In this document: piece after piece, positions 43,923-53,200 of the stretch
Layout of the letters: each line of letters starts with the position of its first letter
How positions within the stretch are numbered: the first letter of the stretch is position 1
Assembly: GCA_020632445.1 (NCBI GenBank)
Contig: JACKFN010000005.1
Span: forward strand, 30,786-94,785
Reading direction: 5' to 3'
From: Candidatus Nomurabacteria bacterium
Lineage (GTDB): Bacteria; Patescibacteriota; Patescibacteriia; Magasanikbacterales; UBA922
Length of the DNA stretch: 64,000 bases
The notes under the pieces: generated by a model
Database searches by the model: none
What the model was told of the DNA's origin: nothing
What the model saw: the letters and a program-made list of their open reading frames with translations, nothing else
Program-made: the position numbers and the translations under genes

Positions 43923-45062
43923 CTATTCTACCTTCGTAGGTCCATCAATTTGCATTGGTTCCACTTCCCTATCGCCATCAGTAATTTTAACAACATCTTT
44001 ATCAATTTTTCCAAGTTCTTTGTACGCGGCATTGTAATGATTCACCGTTGTGCCCATGCTGCTTCCAAGTTTTTGCATGTAACTGTCAAATGCTTTGATA
44101 TGTTTATGAAGTTTTTCAACATTGGCGCGAATGCTCATCGCACTTTCCTCTATCTTCATGGCGCGCAGTCCTTGCAGCACTGTTTGGAGGTATGCGGCAA
44201 AGGTTGTTGGAGAAACAATGACAACTTTTTTGTCATTAAGTGCATAATCAATCAGGCTTCGCGTATTAACTTTAACACTTCCAACTTCGTTTACAAGTAA
44301 ATCATAATAGATTCCCTCTGCCGGAATGTACATAAAGGCAAACTCAAGCGTTCCTTTGTTTGGTTTGATGTACTTGGCGGTTTCATCAATTCTCTTTTTC
44401 AAATCATTCTTAAATTCCTTTTCAAGTTGCTCGCGTCGCTCCTTGTTTTCTTCTTTGACAATACGATTGTAGTTATCAAGTGAGAACTTTGCGTCAACTG
44501 GGATGATTCCATCTTTGGTAAAGATCGCAGCGTCAACGGTTTCACCATCATCAAATTGGTGTTGCAATTTGAATGCCGTTGGCGGCAGCATATTTTCCAA
44601 AATAAGTTGTAGACCAGCTTCGCCAAGCTCCCCCCTTTGTTTTTGGTGCGTGAGAACGCGTTCGAGGTTGGTAAGTTGCTCAGAAAAGCCAATTACTTGT
44701 TTGTTTGTTTTGTCGAGATTAGTAAGCTTTTCAGTAATATCAGCAATCATTTTTTGACTCTGACCAGTAATACCTTGAATCATTTTGGTGTTATGCCCAA
44801 ACTGCTCTGTAAGGGTTTCGTGCATGTGGCGTTGTGAACGTGAGAGCTCTTGGGTGGTCTGAGATATTTTTTGGTCCAGGAGCTTTGACAGGTCCTGAAC
44901 ACCTCTTGACTGCTCCTGTATTTGATTTTGGAGCATAATAAAAAGGTTTGAATCTTCATTTTTGGGCTTTTGGAGTTCTTTGAGTTTGCGATACATCAGA
45001 AGTAACAAAGTGATCATTGCGCCTAAAATAAGGAGAAAAATGGCAATTGTGAATGTGTTCAT
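43923..45062 (-). CDS. rmuC: DNA recombination protein RmuC
   Basis: 379 aa; N-terminal TM, long coiled coil, C-terminal RmuC nuclease-like domain (LPPTAFKLQHQFDDGETVDAAIFTKDGIIPVDAKF...FAFMYIPAEGIYYD). Confidence 0.8.
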   Translation of the reverse strand: MNTFTIAIFLLILGAMITLLLLMYRKLKELQKPKNEDSNLFIMLQNQIQEQSRGVQDLSKLLDQKISQTTQELSRSQRHMHETLTEQFGHNTKMIQGITGQSQKMIADITEKLTNLDKTNKQVIGFSEQLTNLERVLTHQKQRGELGEAGLQLILENMLPPTAFKLQHQFDDGETVDAAIFTKDGIIPVDAKFSLDNYNRIVKEENKERREQLEKEFKNDLKKRIDETAKYIKPNKGTLEFAFMYIPAEGIYYDLLVNEVGSVKVNTRSLIDYALNDKKVVIVSPTTFAAYLQTVLQGLRAMKIEESAMSIRANVEKLHKHIKAFDSYMQKLGSSMGTTVNHYNAAYKELGKIDKDVVKITDGDREVEPMQIDGPTKVE

Positions 45063-45097
45063 ATGTGGATATCCTGTGAAAAAGTTGTGGTTTTTTA

Positions 45098-45129
45098 TCT
45101 GTTTGTATACACTAGTGTATACAAACAGA
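45098..45129. repeat. P1 palindrome copy 3 (TCTGTTTGTATACACTAGTGTATACAAACAGA, perfect 32-mer)
   Basis: Read directly; a DnaA-box-like TGTGGATAT lies 26 bp upstream (45064). Confidence 0.9.
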
Positions 45130-45279
45130 ATGTCTTTTTATGCACAGCCCTTGAAAATCCTCCTTTTTTTGTTACAATGGGGTTGTGACAAAGACAAGTA
45201 TACCAGATACTGAGGTGACGTGTATAGTTTTTTGCTTTTAGATATTGTACGACACTATTTTTCTGCTATATATAAACAA

Positions 45280-45351
45280 GACCCTGTAGTTCAATGGATA
45301 GAACAAGGCACTCCTAACGCCTAGATCCAAGTTCGATTCTTGGTGGGGTCA
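45280..45351 (+). tRNA. tRNA-Arg (anticodon CCU)
   Basis: GACCCTGTAGTTCAATGGATAGAACAAGGCACTCCTAACGCCTAGATCCAAGTTCGATTCTTGGTGGGGTCA: 7-bp acceptor stem, D-arm GTTC/GAAC, anticodon loop CU-CCU-AA, T-arm CCAAG-TTCGATT-CTTGG. Confidence 0.8.
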
Positions 45352-45413
45352 CATTTTGCGCATTTGGCAATTTCGAATGCTCGTCTCACGCACTACCCTC
45401 CTTTTGTTTGCTT

Positions 45414-45854
45414 ATGGAATTTGCCCTTCGCTCTGCAACAATTGATGATAAAGAATTTCTCTATCAGCTGAATAAATCAACCATGAGTTCCCATGTTGAG
45501 AGAATTTGGGGTTCTTGGGATGATGCATGGCAAAGAGATAACTTTGATAAGAAGTTCACTCTCGAGGGTTATGACGTCATTGATGTAGATGGTCGTAATG
45601 CAGGTGCTCTATGGGTTTCACGTGAAACATCTCAAATAAAGGTAGAAAGGCTGCATATCCTCTCTGAATTTCAGGGGCGTGGTATAGGAACGCGTATTCT
45701 TAGAAATCTCATAAGAGAGGCTAGTGATCAGTCAAGGGAGATCGTTTTAAGCGTTTTAAGAACAAATACTCGTGCAAAATCATTGTATGAGCGTCTTGGC
45801 TTTGAGGAGATTGGTAATGACGGGAATAAGTTTCACATGAAACATTTTGTTTAA
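45414..45854 (+). CDS. GNAT-family N-acetyltransferase
   Basis: About 147 aa; acetyl-CoA binding motif QGRGIGTRILRNLIREA and C-terminal LYERLGFEE. The last codons overlap a P2-type palindrome (GTTTCACATGAAACAT). Confidence 0.7.
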   Translation: MEFALRSATIDDKEFLYQLNKSTMSSHVERIWGSWDDAWQRDNFDKKFTLEGYDVIDVDGRNAGALWVSRETSQIKVERLHILSEFQGRGIGTRILRNLIREASDQSREIVLSVLRTNTRAKSLYERLGFEEIGNDGNKFHMKHFV

Positions 45855-45863
45855 AGGAAGTAG

Positions 45864-45889
45864 GTTTGTATACACTAGTGTATACAAAC
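45864..45889. repeat. P1 palindrome copy 4 (GTTTGTATACACTAGTGTATACAAAC)
   Basis: Read directly. Confidence 0.9.
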
Positions 45890-46096
45890 TGACAAAAAAA
45901 CACCTCTTAGGGTGTTTTTTAATTTGCAGCTGGGGCTCTAGTGCTAGTATGCGAAACCGTTGATCCTCCAGAGTTCTACATCTCGACATATGCGCTGTAC
46001 TCAAATTCCCTATCTAGGCACTATGTGGGTTGTTGATTACTCCAAAGGGGATCTGTTTGCGATTAGCATCAATTATGCGGTTTTTTTGAATTGGGC

Positions 46097-46110
46097 GTTT
46101 CACGTGAAAC
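46097..46110. repeat. P2 palindrome (GTTTCACGTGAAAC) copy; other copies at 45830..45845 (CACATG variant) and 46268..46283
   Basis: Read directly; 14-16-bp perfect palindrome around a CACGTG core. Confidence 0.85.
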
Positions 46111-46235
46111 ATTGCATAGAAAAGTGCTTTAGGTGCATAGATTGTACTATATGGGGAAAGTGGAGTGCAAATGCCCTGCCAAAAAGGAATCTGCAGAGGT
46201 GTTTGTCTGTGTGGATAACCTACAAAGAATGACGT

Positions 46236-46260
46236 GTTTGTATACACTAGTGTATACAAA
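46236..46260. repeat. P1 palindrome copy 5 (GTTTGTATACACTAGTGTATACAAA); perfect DnaA box TGTGGATAA at 46210..46218 just upstream
   Basis: Read directly. Confidence 0.9.
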
Positions 46261-46267
46261 TAGACTA

Positions 46268-46283
46268 TGTTTCACGTGAAACA
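46268..46283. repeat. P2 palindrome copy (TGTTTCACGTGAAACA) abutting the stop codon of the TrmB-like gene
   Basis: Read directly. Confidence 0.85.
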
Positions 46284-47033
46284 TTAATCTATTTTCGGCA
46301 TAACACGGGTTGTCTGCCATAGCACACTAAAGAGATTTTTTTGTGTCTGAGAGTAATCGGTGGATTCTATAATAAGGGCAAACCCCTCACGCTTTGTACT
46401 GAGTACAACTACTTTGTTGTCATAAAGATATGTTGAGGTAGGAAAGATCATCTCAGCTGGTGCAAAGTGAACCGTGCGCAGCTCCTTGTCACTCGAGGCC
46501 CAGTCCTGGTCAATATCTTTGTCCTGGGAGCGTATGACATCAAGATGAATACCTAGGGATATTCGCTGCTGGATATGCTCATCCATAAAGGATTTTCCAA
46601 CGGTCTTGTAAAGATCCTCCATGGAAAGAATGGCACAAAGTTTTCTATTTTTGACGGTAAGTATATCGTTGAAAACAGATTGCATGCCATCTTGTCCCTC
46701 AAATATTCTTGTCCTAGGCTTGGTACCATTTGGGTTATAGAGTGCCATGAGATCTGGCAATGATTCATCAAGCTTTCTTTGCTTGCGACGAAGAAGGGAT
46801 TGAAGCATGTTCGGATTTTCTGCTGTATATATGCGAGTTCTGCCTTGCAAGACATAACTAACCACACCTATACTGCACAGTTGTTGAAGGATCTCATGTG
46901 TGGTGGTTCTGGGAAGCTGCGCATGATTGGCAACATCCTGTGCAGAGCCTGATCCAATCTCAAGAGTCGCAATAAAGACTTTTGCCTTTGATTTGTCGAT
47001 CCCAAATTCGCTCAATGCAGAGTAAATTGACAT
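46284..47033 (-). CDS. TrmB-like winged-helix transcriptional regulator (paralogue 5, solo)
   Basis: MSIYSALSEFGIDKSKAKVFIATLEIGSGSAQDVANHAQLPRTTTHEILQQLCSIGVV...; C-terminal LFSVLWQTT. Confidence 0.6.
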   Translation of the reverse strand: MSIYSALSEFGIDKSKAKVFIATLEIGSGSAQDVANHAQLPRTTTHEILQQLCSIGVVSYVLQGRTRIYTAENPNMLQSLLRRKQRKLDESLPDLMALYNPNGTKPRTRIFEGQDGMQSVFNDILTVKNRKLCAILSMEDLYKTVGKSFMDEHIQQRISLGIHLDVIRSQDKDIDQDWASSDKELRTVHFAPAEMIFPTSTYLYDNKVVVLSTKREGFALIIESTDYSQTQKNLFSVLWQTTRVMPKID

Positions 47034-47166
47034 ATTCGTCGAAAAAAAATGACAATGGATAAACTATACAAAATGATTTAAAATATGTCAAATTTTCTTG
47101 ATTGCAAGATGGAGAATCTGAGTTTAATACGTGTATTATTGACAAAATAGATATTTTGTACTATGT

Positions 47167-47904
47167 TTGTACCATATGTTAGACACGATGATAACAGAAC
47201 TCTGTATTGAGTTGGCAAATCACCGGAGTATGAAGCCTCTCAAGTCCAGAAATGCTCAACCAGACGAGTTTCTATGCTTCGTCTGTGAAAGAGTTGATAG
47301 TGCTAGAGTGTTTCTCGACTTACTTAAAAAGATGATTCATGTTTGCCAAGGTGATCAAGATCTCCTACTTCGAAAGGCAATAGAAGAAAACCTCCATGAT
47401 GAGCGTGGGGTTGGAAAAGGAAAAAGTGCCTCACATGATAAGTGGCGGGAGGATTACTTAGAAGGTATCCAAAAGCTTCACCATGAACGTGTATGCTGCT
47501 GCGACCATACTTGCCACTTTGTGTACAAGCAGGTATTTCGTGATGCTGTCATGAGGGGAGACAAAGGAGAAATGCTTGGGGTTTTGCTCTATCTTGAGCG
47601 AGTAATCCCCATCGAATTTGCATTTATTAGAAGCTATCAGGATAAGGTATTTTGCGGAATTTTCGTGTATTCCCAGATAGATACTCATCAACAACGTGCA
47701 ATCAAGAGAAAGCTTCGGCGGTATCTGGATGATCATATCGTTCACGATGCTGTAGATCACTACCCAAAACTCCTGCAGGCAATCCAGTTAAGTGGCAGTG
47801 ACTTATCCATGCAGGAGAAAATAGCATATGGCGCCAAGATCATCCATCGTGCAAAGTTGCTCAGCTACGAAACACATTTTCGCAAAAGAAAAACAGGCGT
47901 TTAA
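47167..47904 (+). CDS. Heme-oxygenase-like fold protein (TenA/PqqC/CADD-type iron-containing redox enzyme family), tentative
   Basis: 245 aa with spaced E/H/D ligand-like motifs (EENLHDERG...HDKWREDYLEGI...HDAVDH), all-alpha composition. Confidence 0.35.
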   Translation: MYHMLDTMITELCIELANHRSMKPLKSRNAQPDEFLCFVCERVDSARVFLDLLKKMIHVCQGDQDLLLRKAIEENLHDERGVGKGKSASHDKWREDYLEGIQKLHHERVCCCDHTCHFVYKQVFRDAVMRGDKGEMLGVLLYLERVIPIEFAFIRSYQDKVFCGIFVYSQIDTHQQRAIKRKLRRYLDDHIVHDAVDHYPKLLQAIQLSGSDLSMQEKIAYGAKIIHRAKLLSYETHFRKRKTGV

Positions 47905-47925
47905 CCTGTTTTTTGGTATCAAACA
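47895..47925. terminator. Bidirectional terminator
   Basis: AAAAACAGGcgtttaaCCTGTTTTTTGG. Confidence 0.5.
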
Positions 47926-47988
47926 ACGTTTTCTATCCTGCATGCAAGACACAAATGGAGGTTTGACGGGTGGGGCGTCGCGGTAGGG

Positions 47989-48645
47989 TTAGGCAACCAC
48001 GCTGGAGCGGTGGTCAAGGGCCTCGGCGATCGCAGCAAGGGGCATGGTGAATTCTCGATCACCTTTTTGGAACATAACCTCGCCCCTGCGCAGCAGGTTG
48101 CGGACGGTGCTCTGCGTGATGTGCAGTACGCCGATGAGGTGACACATCTCGATGCCGTAACGTCGGATGACCAGGTAGGCCGCGAGTTGGCGGATGAGGG
48201 CGTATCGGCCTCTCGTGTGAGCGACGATGTCGCCGATATCACAATCGAAGACGATGCAGACCAGGTGGAGGATCTCACGAGCGCCAGCTTCTCCATGAAG
48301 GGACGAATCCCTTAACTGGATCCGAGGGGCCAGACTCCTAAAGGAAAGCCCGTGACGATGCATCATGGAGCGCACGCGGGACCGCAGTGTGGTGCTGGAC
48401 ACGCGTGTATCGAACTGTGCGGAAGTCAAGGACACGAGCTCACCGATGGTGTCGATCCCGTCACAAACCAGCCGACCTCTTCGCCAGATGCTGCAGAGTT
48501 CTTCGGCGTCGTCCATTGACAGACCAACGAGTTCTTCACACAGGAAGGTGTCTCCGGAAATACCCGACATGGCAGCTGCTCCGCAGATGATTGTGGTCAC
48601 TATCGGACAGAGTAAAGGAATTCTCGTCAAATGTAAAGCAGGCAT
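47989..48645 (-). CDS. GC-rich island protein with a C-terminal DnaA-domain-IV-like helix-turn-helix
   Basis: C-terminal RGRYALIRQLAAYLVIRRYGIEMCHLIGVLHITQSTVRNLLRRG aligns with the DnaA DNA-binding domain (compare this genome's own DnaA, [35 protein letters not shown]). The likely start is an internal ATG at 48570, which has a GGAGCAG SD. Stop TAA followed by CCCTACCGCGACGCCCCACCCGTCAAACC, then a terminator. Other frames in this about 64% GC stretch are also open. Confidence 0.4.
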   Translation of the reverse strand: MPALHLTRIPLLCPIVTTIICGAAAMSGISGDTFLCEELVGLSMDDAEELCSIWRRGRLVCDGIDTIGELVSLTSAQFDTRVSSTTLRSRVRSMMHRHGLSFRSLAPRIQLRDSSLHGEAGAREILHLVCIVFDCDIGDIVAHTRGRYALIRQLAAYLVIRRYGIEMCHLIGVLHITQSTVRNLLRRGEVMFQKGDREFTMPLAAIAEALDHRSSVVA

Positions 48646-48721
48646 GCTTTCAAGAGAAGCCGTTTCCTGTTTTTTGGTGTATGCTTCCTTTGTTTTGTGT
48701 GATATACTTTACAGGTAAAAT

Positions 48722-49396
48722 GTGTGTATGAAGAGCCGTTTTTTCTTGTGTATCAGTTTTTTTATTCTTTGTTGGCTTGCATGGCCAATTTCCTCGGATG
48801 CCTCCATGACAGGGGGGAGTTTTGAAATATATGCGGATGGCTTTTCCATGAATGACGCATCAAGCTCTACCGGAGGACTTCTGTCTCTTGAATCTACGGT
48901 AGGTGACTCATTTGCAACCACGACCGTGGGAGGTGCAATTACTTTACGTGGAGGATTTCAAGCAATGGAGAGAGGGATCCTGCGTCTTTCGCTCAGCAGT
49001 ACAACATTAGATTTTGGAACACTGTCAACAGGATCGATTACAACGAGTACACTTGTCGTTACGGTTTCGACGGATTCTGAAACTGGATATTCGCTTATGT
49101 TGAAAGAAGATGGAAATCTTCGTTCAGGAGTACACGACATCAATGATGTTGCCGATGGTTCTGTAACCGCCGGTCAAGAGGAATATGGTGTGTCGGTAAC
49201 AAGTACTGATCGAGCGGGTACGCTTCCTGCTGGTGATAGGCCGATCATTGCGGCAGGGACCACTATCGCGCAGTCATCGGGACAAGTTACGGATAGACAA
49301 ACAACGCTTACCTTTCGGGCTGCCATTGATGCCAATGTAAGAGGAGGGCTTACCTATTCTCATCAGGTAACTCTTCGAGCAACGGTAAATCCTTAG
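48722..49396 (+). CDS. Secreted beta-rich surface protein (WxL-/pilin-like?), first gene of the giant-surface-protein cluster
   Basis: Signal peptide; Ser/Thr/Gly-rich beta-strand-like sequence; no TM anchor. Confidence 0.35.
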   Translation: MCMKSRFFLCISFFILCWLAWPISSDASMTGGSFEIYADGFSMNDASSSTGGLLSLESTVGDSFATTTVGGAITLRGGFQAMERGILRLSLSSTTLDFGTLSTGSITTSTLVVTVSTDSETGYSLMLKEDGNLRSGVHDINDVADGSVTAGQEEYGVSVTSTDRAGTLPAGDRPIIAAGTTIAQSSGQVTDRQTTLTFRAAIDANVRGGLTYSHQVTLRATVNP

Positions 49397-49404
49397 GAAG
49401 TAAC

Positions 49405-50283
49405 ATGTCAAAAGAAACACGACAACATATGAAATATCTTCTCTATTTTGTTGTAGTGTTATTTTGTGTGTACGCCCCACAATCAGTGAAAGCTTTTTCT
49501 ATTTCTCCACTCCGTCAGACGGTTACAGCTGATCCTGGTACTATCACTCGGGTCCAGCTAGAAGTCTCGAATGATTATGCACAGAGTATCGATATTGAAC
49601 CTTCTATAGACGCTTTTACCGTAAACCCACAGACAGATGAAATGCTCTATGGTGTATCGAGTATTGCCAGAGATTGGATACAGCCAAAGCAAAATACGAT
49701 AGAAGTCCCTGCAGGGCAAAGCAGGATTTTTGATTTTGATATTCGGGTCCCTGCAGACGCCGAACCAGGAGCGCATTATTTGATGCTTGTTGCTACACAT
49801 AAGGTTGGTTCTCAGGTTCAAGGTGAACTCGGTTCACTTCTCTTTTTTTATGTTGCCGGACAAATAAATGAAATGTTGAACGTGGAGACGTTTGCACCAT
49901 TGAAAAATGTGTATTGGGGTGGTAAGCCAGAAGTAAGTTTACAGTTTCGTAATAATGGAACGATTCATTTAGTTCCACAAGGAACACTCCAAATAAAAAC
50001 ACGACGCGGTGAGCATCAAACATTTGTCATGAACCCGGAAAACAAAAAACTTCTTCCACACGTTCGTTGGGAAGAAGATTACTTGATTGAGAATTTAAGT
50101 TTTTCAGATATCGGAAAGGTTTATGCGCAACTTACATTGCAGTATGGTTTTGGCGGACATACGATAATTCGAAATGTTTCTTTCTACTATCTCCCTTGGG
50201 GTCTTGTTGTTGGTATTCTTGGGGCACTCATATTTGGTGTGCTTCTTTTGAGAATTGTTTTGATTAAACGCCATGCGAAATAA
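49405..50283 (+). CDS. DUF916-like cell-surface protein with a C-terminal TM anchor
   Basis: Signal peptide MSKETRQHMKYLLYFVVVLFCVYAPQSVKA; FSISPLRQTV... start of the mature domain; C-terminal TM WGLVVGILGALIFGVLLLRIVLIKRHAK. Architecture resembles the DUF916/DUF3324 proteins of Firmicutes Csc clusters. Confidence 0.4.
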   Translation: MSKETRQHMKYLLYFVVVLFCVYAPQSVKAFSISPLRQTVTADPGTITRVQLEVSNDYAQSIDIEPSIDAFTVNPQTDEMLYGVSSIARDWIQPKQNTIEVPAGQSRIFDFDIRVPADAEPGAHYLMLVATHKVGSQVQGELGSLLFFYVAGQINEMLNVETFAPLKNVYWGGKPEVSLQFRNNGTIHLVPQGTLQIKTRRGEHQTFVMNPENKKLLPHVRWEEDYLIENLSFSDIGKVYAQLTLQYGFGGHTIIRNVSFYYLPWGLVVGILGALIFGVLLLRIVLIKRHAK

Positions 50284-53200
50284 GCTATTATTTTTGTCTG
50301 GTTTTTTACTCTCATTTGCGTGGAGTGCTTTTTGGGTTGGTAATGTTCTTGCTGATGTGAGTAGTACCAGCGCAACATTGCAGGCAACCGTGGCTGCGGT
50401 ATGTGGAAATGGTGTTGTAGAAGGCGCAGAAGGATGTGATGATGGGAACACCAATTCAGGGGATGGGTGTTCAAATGTATGTGCTGTAGAGGGTGTGGGT
50501 GGACCTGGTGTTAACCCTGGAGGTGGCGGAGGAGGTGGAAATGGAGGCGGTGATGTCACCAAGCCAACTATTGATAATATTGTTGTTGACAGGACACATC
50601 ATAGCGCTACGGTTTCTTGGACCACTACGGATGATACCAGTGTGGCCAGTTGTAGCTTTGCATATGGCATCGATGAAAGTTACGGTAGTAGCGCAGATGT
50701 TGTTTTGGCCGAGGGGACATATTCTGTAAGCTTGGAAAATTTGCAAGCAAACAAAAAATACTTTTACAGGATTCGCTGTCTGGATCCTTCTGCTAACCAG
50801 GGCCAGGTAAATGCAGACTTTACCACCAAAAATGCACCGGTGGATGATGATGAGGATCCGGTTATTTCAGATGTTGAAACATCTATTGGAAAACGTTCTG
50901 TGCATGTATCGTGGATAGCTACGGATGACTCGAGAATAGATGAATGCGTCTTTGTTTATGATGATGACAATGCGCAAGAGCCATATGACAGCAACAATGG
51001 GGTGCTTGATCTTGCGGGTGACGCTTATCGCGCAGAGATAAATGGACTCGTTCCAAATACACAGTATTTTTACAAGATAACTTGTAGTGATTTGGCTCAA
51101 AAGACGGTTGTCCACCTTGGATTTTTTGTTACTGACGCCGACAATGTTCCCCCTCCAGATGTTGAGGTCATACAACCCACACCAGGAGATAAAAGTATAG
51201 AAGTAGAATGGGTGTTTGCTGCCGATGTGATTGATGACTTTGGGTCATTTATGATTAGGCGAAAAATTGGAGGTCGACCGCTTACGCCTGATAATGGCCA
51301 ACTGGTAGCTCAGATTCCAAATGTGGGAACATCCCGACTGGTAGATAATGGTTTAATAAACGGCCAAGAATACTACTATACGATTTTTGTTTTTGACACA
51401 TCGGGGAATGCAAGTAATGGTAAGTCAACTTCAGCCATACCAAATGGTGCGTTGCCTGAGCAAGAGGTGTGTGACAATGGAATTGATGATGATTTTGATG
51501 GTGCTATTGATTGTGATGATAATGTTTGTGCCGCTGATGCAGCCTGTGTGGATCCGGCTGACGGAGGGGATCAGGGAGACGGCGGAGATCAAGGGGACGG
51601 CGACCCAGGGGATCAAGGAAACGGTGGAGATCAGGGTAACCAAGGAGATGGTGGAAACAATGATGGCGGAGACGATCAAGGTGGTGATGTTGGTCCTGCT
51701 GGTGGTGGACCAGGTGGCCAAGGAGGAGCGGTACCAGATGGAGGTGGCCCAGGTGGAGGAGGGCTTCCAATTGTTCCAGAAATTTGTAACAACGAAGTTG
51801 ATGACGATGGTGATGAAAAAGTTGATTGTCAGGATATAGATTGCGCACTTGCTCTTGAGTGTTTTGAGCAACTTGTTGAGGTAAAGTGTGATGATGGACT
51901 CGACAATGATCATGACGGTTTGAAGGATCAAGAAGATCCAGACTGCGTTGTTCAACAAGAAATTAAAGATGCCAAAGAAAAAGGAGCACAGGATGGTGAT
52001 GTTGGTGAGGGTAAAATCCCTCAAGGGGCTCCTGTTTATTGGCTTAGTCAGAGGCAGCTTCGTGCTCCGGTTATTAAAGGAAGAGTTTCCGCTTTGCAAA
52101 ACACTCAGATTACCATTGGGATTGATAGCCTACAAATAGAAAAAGAAGTTCGTTTAATGGCTTTGGTGCTTGGCGGGACGAACTATGTTTTTGATAAAGA
52201 ACTTGACGGTTGGTACTATGCAGACTTTTTTATTTCCCGTGTTGGTGTTTATGAAGCGCAAATTGTTGTTTCGTATGAAGATGGAGATGCTCAGCAAATT
52301 CCTATTCAAATTGCTATTGTACCACCTGGAGTTATCGCTGAAAGTGGAACCGGGCGGCCACTCTCGGGTGTAAAAGTAACACTTCTTCACGAAGATAAAA
52401 CGTCGTGGAATGGTTTTGTCCTTGGACAACAGAATCCTTTTATCACTAAGGAGACAGGGATGTACGCCTTTTTGGTGCAACCAGGAAAGTATCGAATGCG
52501 GATAGAAAAAGATGGGTACAACACGTATCAGACATTGGTGTTTACCGTGGAGGGGAATGTAATTAACAAGTCATATGAGCTCATTGCCAAGGCTCCTTCG
52601 CTTTTAGAAGGGGTAGACGCAGATGCACCTGTTTTGGAAAACGTCCAAAAACTTGCTTCAAACCTTGGGAAGCAGGTTGTCGAAAAGACAAAGGTCGTTG
52701 GTCAAAAAGCGCAAGCAGTAAAAGAAAAAGTAGATGAGATCGCCGATGATGAAGAAGTCGAAAAGGTTACCAAGACGGTGGTGGCACCAACTGCCGTGGG
52801 TGTTGCCGCGGCTGCCGTTGTTCCATCACTGTGGAGTACTTTTATTCCACTTTTGCGCTTTCTCTTTTTGCAGCCGTTTTTGCTCTTTGGGAGAAAGCGA
52901 AGACAAGAATGGGGAACCGTGTACAATAGTTTGACCAAGCTACCACTTGACCTTGCCATTGTCCGTCTCGTCGATACTGCCACCAAGCGAGTCATACAGT
53001 CGCGTGTTACCGACGCACAAGGAAGATATCTTTTTATCACCAAGCCTGGGAAATATCTTCTTGAAGTGACTAAGCAAGGATTTACCTTTCCATCAAATAT
53101 TCTCAAGAGCGTTCGGTCTGATGGAAAGATGTTGGATATTTATCATGGTGAAGATGTTGAGGTTATTGAAGAGGGAACCACCATTACTCCAAATATCCCG

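Noticed and set aside
33401-46260. P1 palindromic repeats as a CRISPR array
   Set aside because: Only five copies, with spacings from 100 bp to 12 kb; the repeats are themselves perfect palindromes embedded in different contexts; no cas genes in the window.
47919-48718. Overlapping alternative ORFs 47919..48296(-) and 48365..48718(+) as separate genes
   Set aside because: Open frames are expected in 64% GC DNA. Only the 47989..48645 frame yields a recognisable domain (DnaA-domain-IV-like HTH) and a plausible SD, so the others are treated as shadow ORFs. This is not certain.
50104-50562. Minus-strand ORF encoding a poly-Pro/Gly peptide (MVTSPPPFPPPPPPPGLTPGPP...)
   Set aside because: Antisense of the Gly-rich (GGGGGNGGG) segment at the N-terminus of the giant protein; a compositional artefact.
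51387-52099. Several 100-220-aa ORFs on both strands inside the 1229-aa surface-protein gene (51431..52099-, 51387..51839+, 51504..51848-)
   Set aside because: They lie in the Gly/Asp low-complexity repeat region, where all frames stay open. Their products are homopolymer-like (HHH/LLL) and overlap a well-supported long gene.
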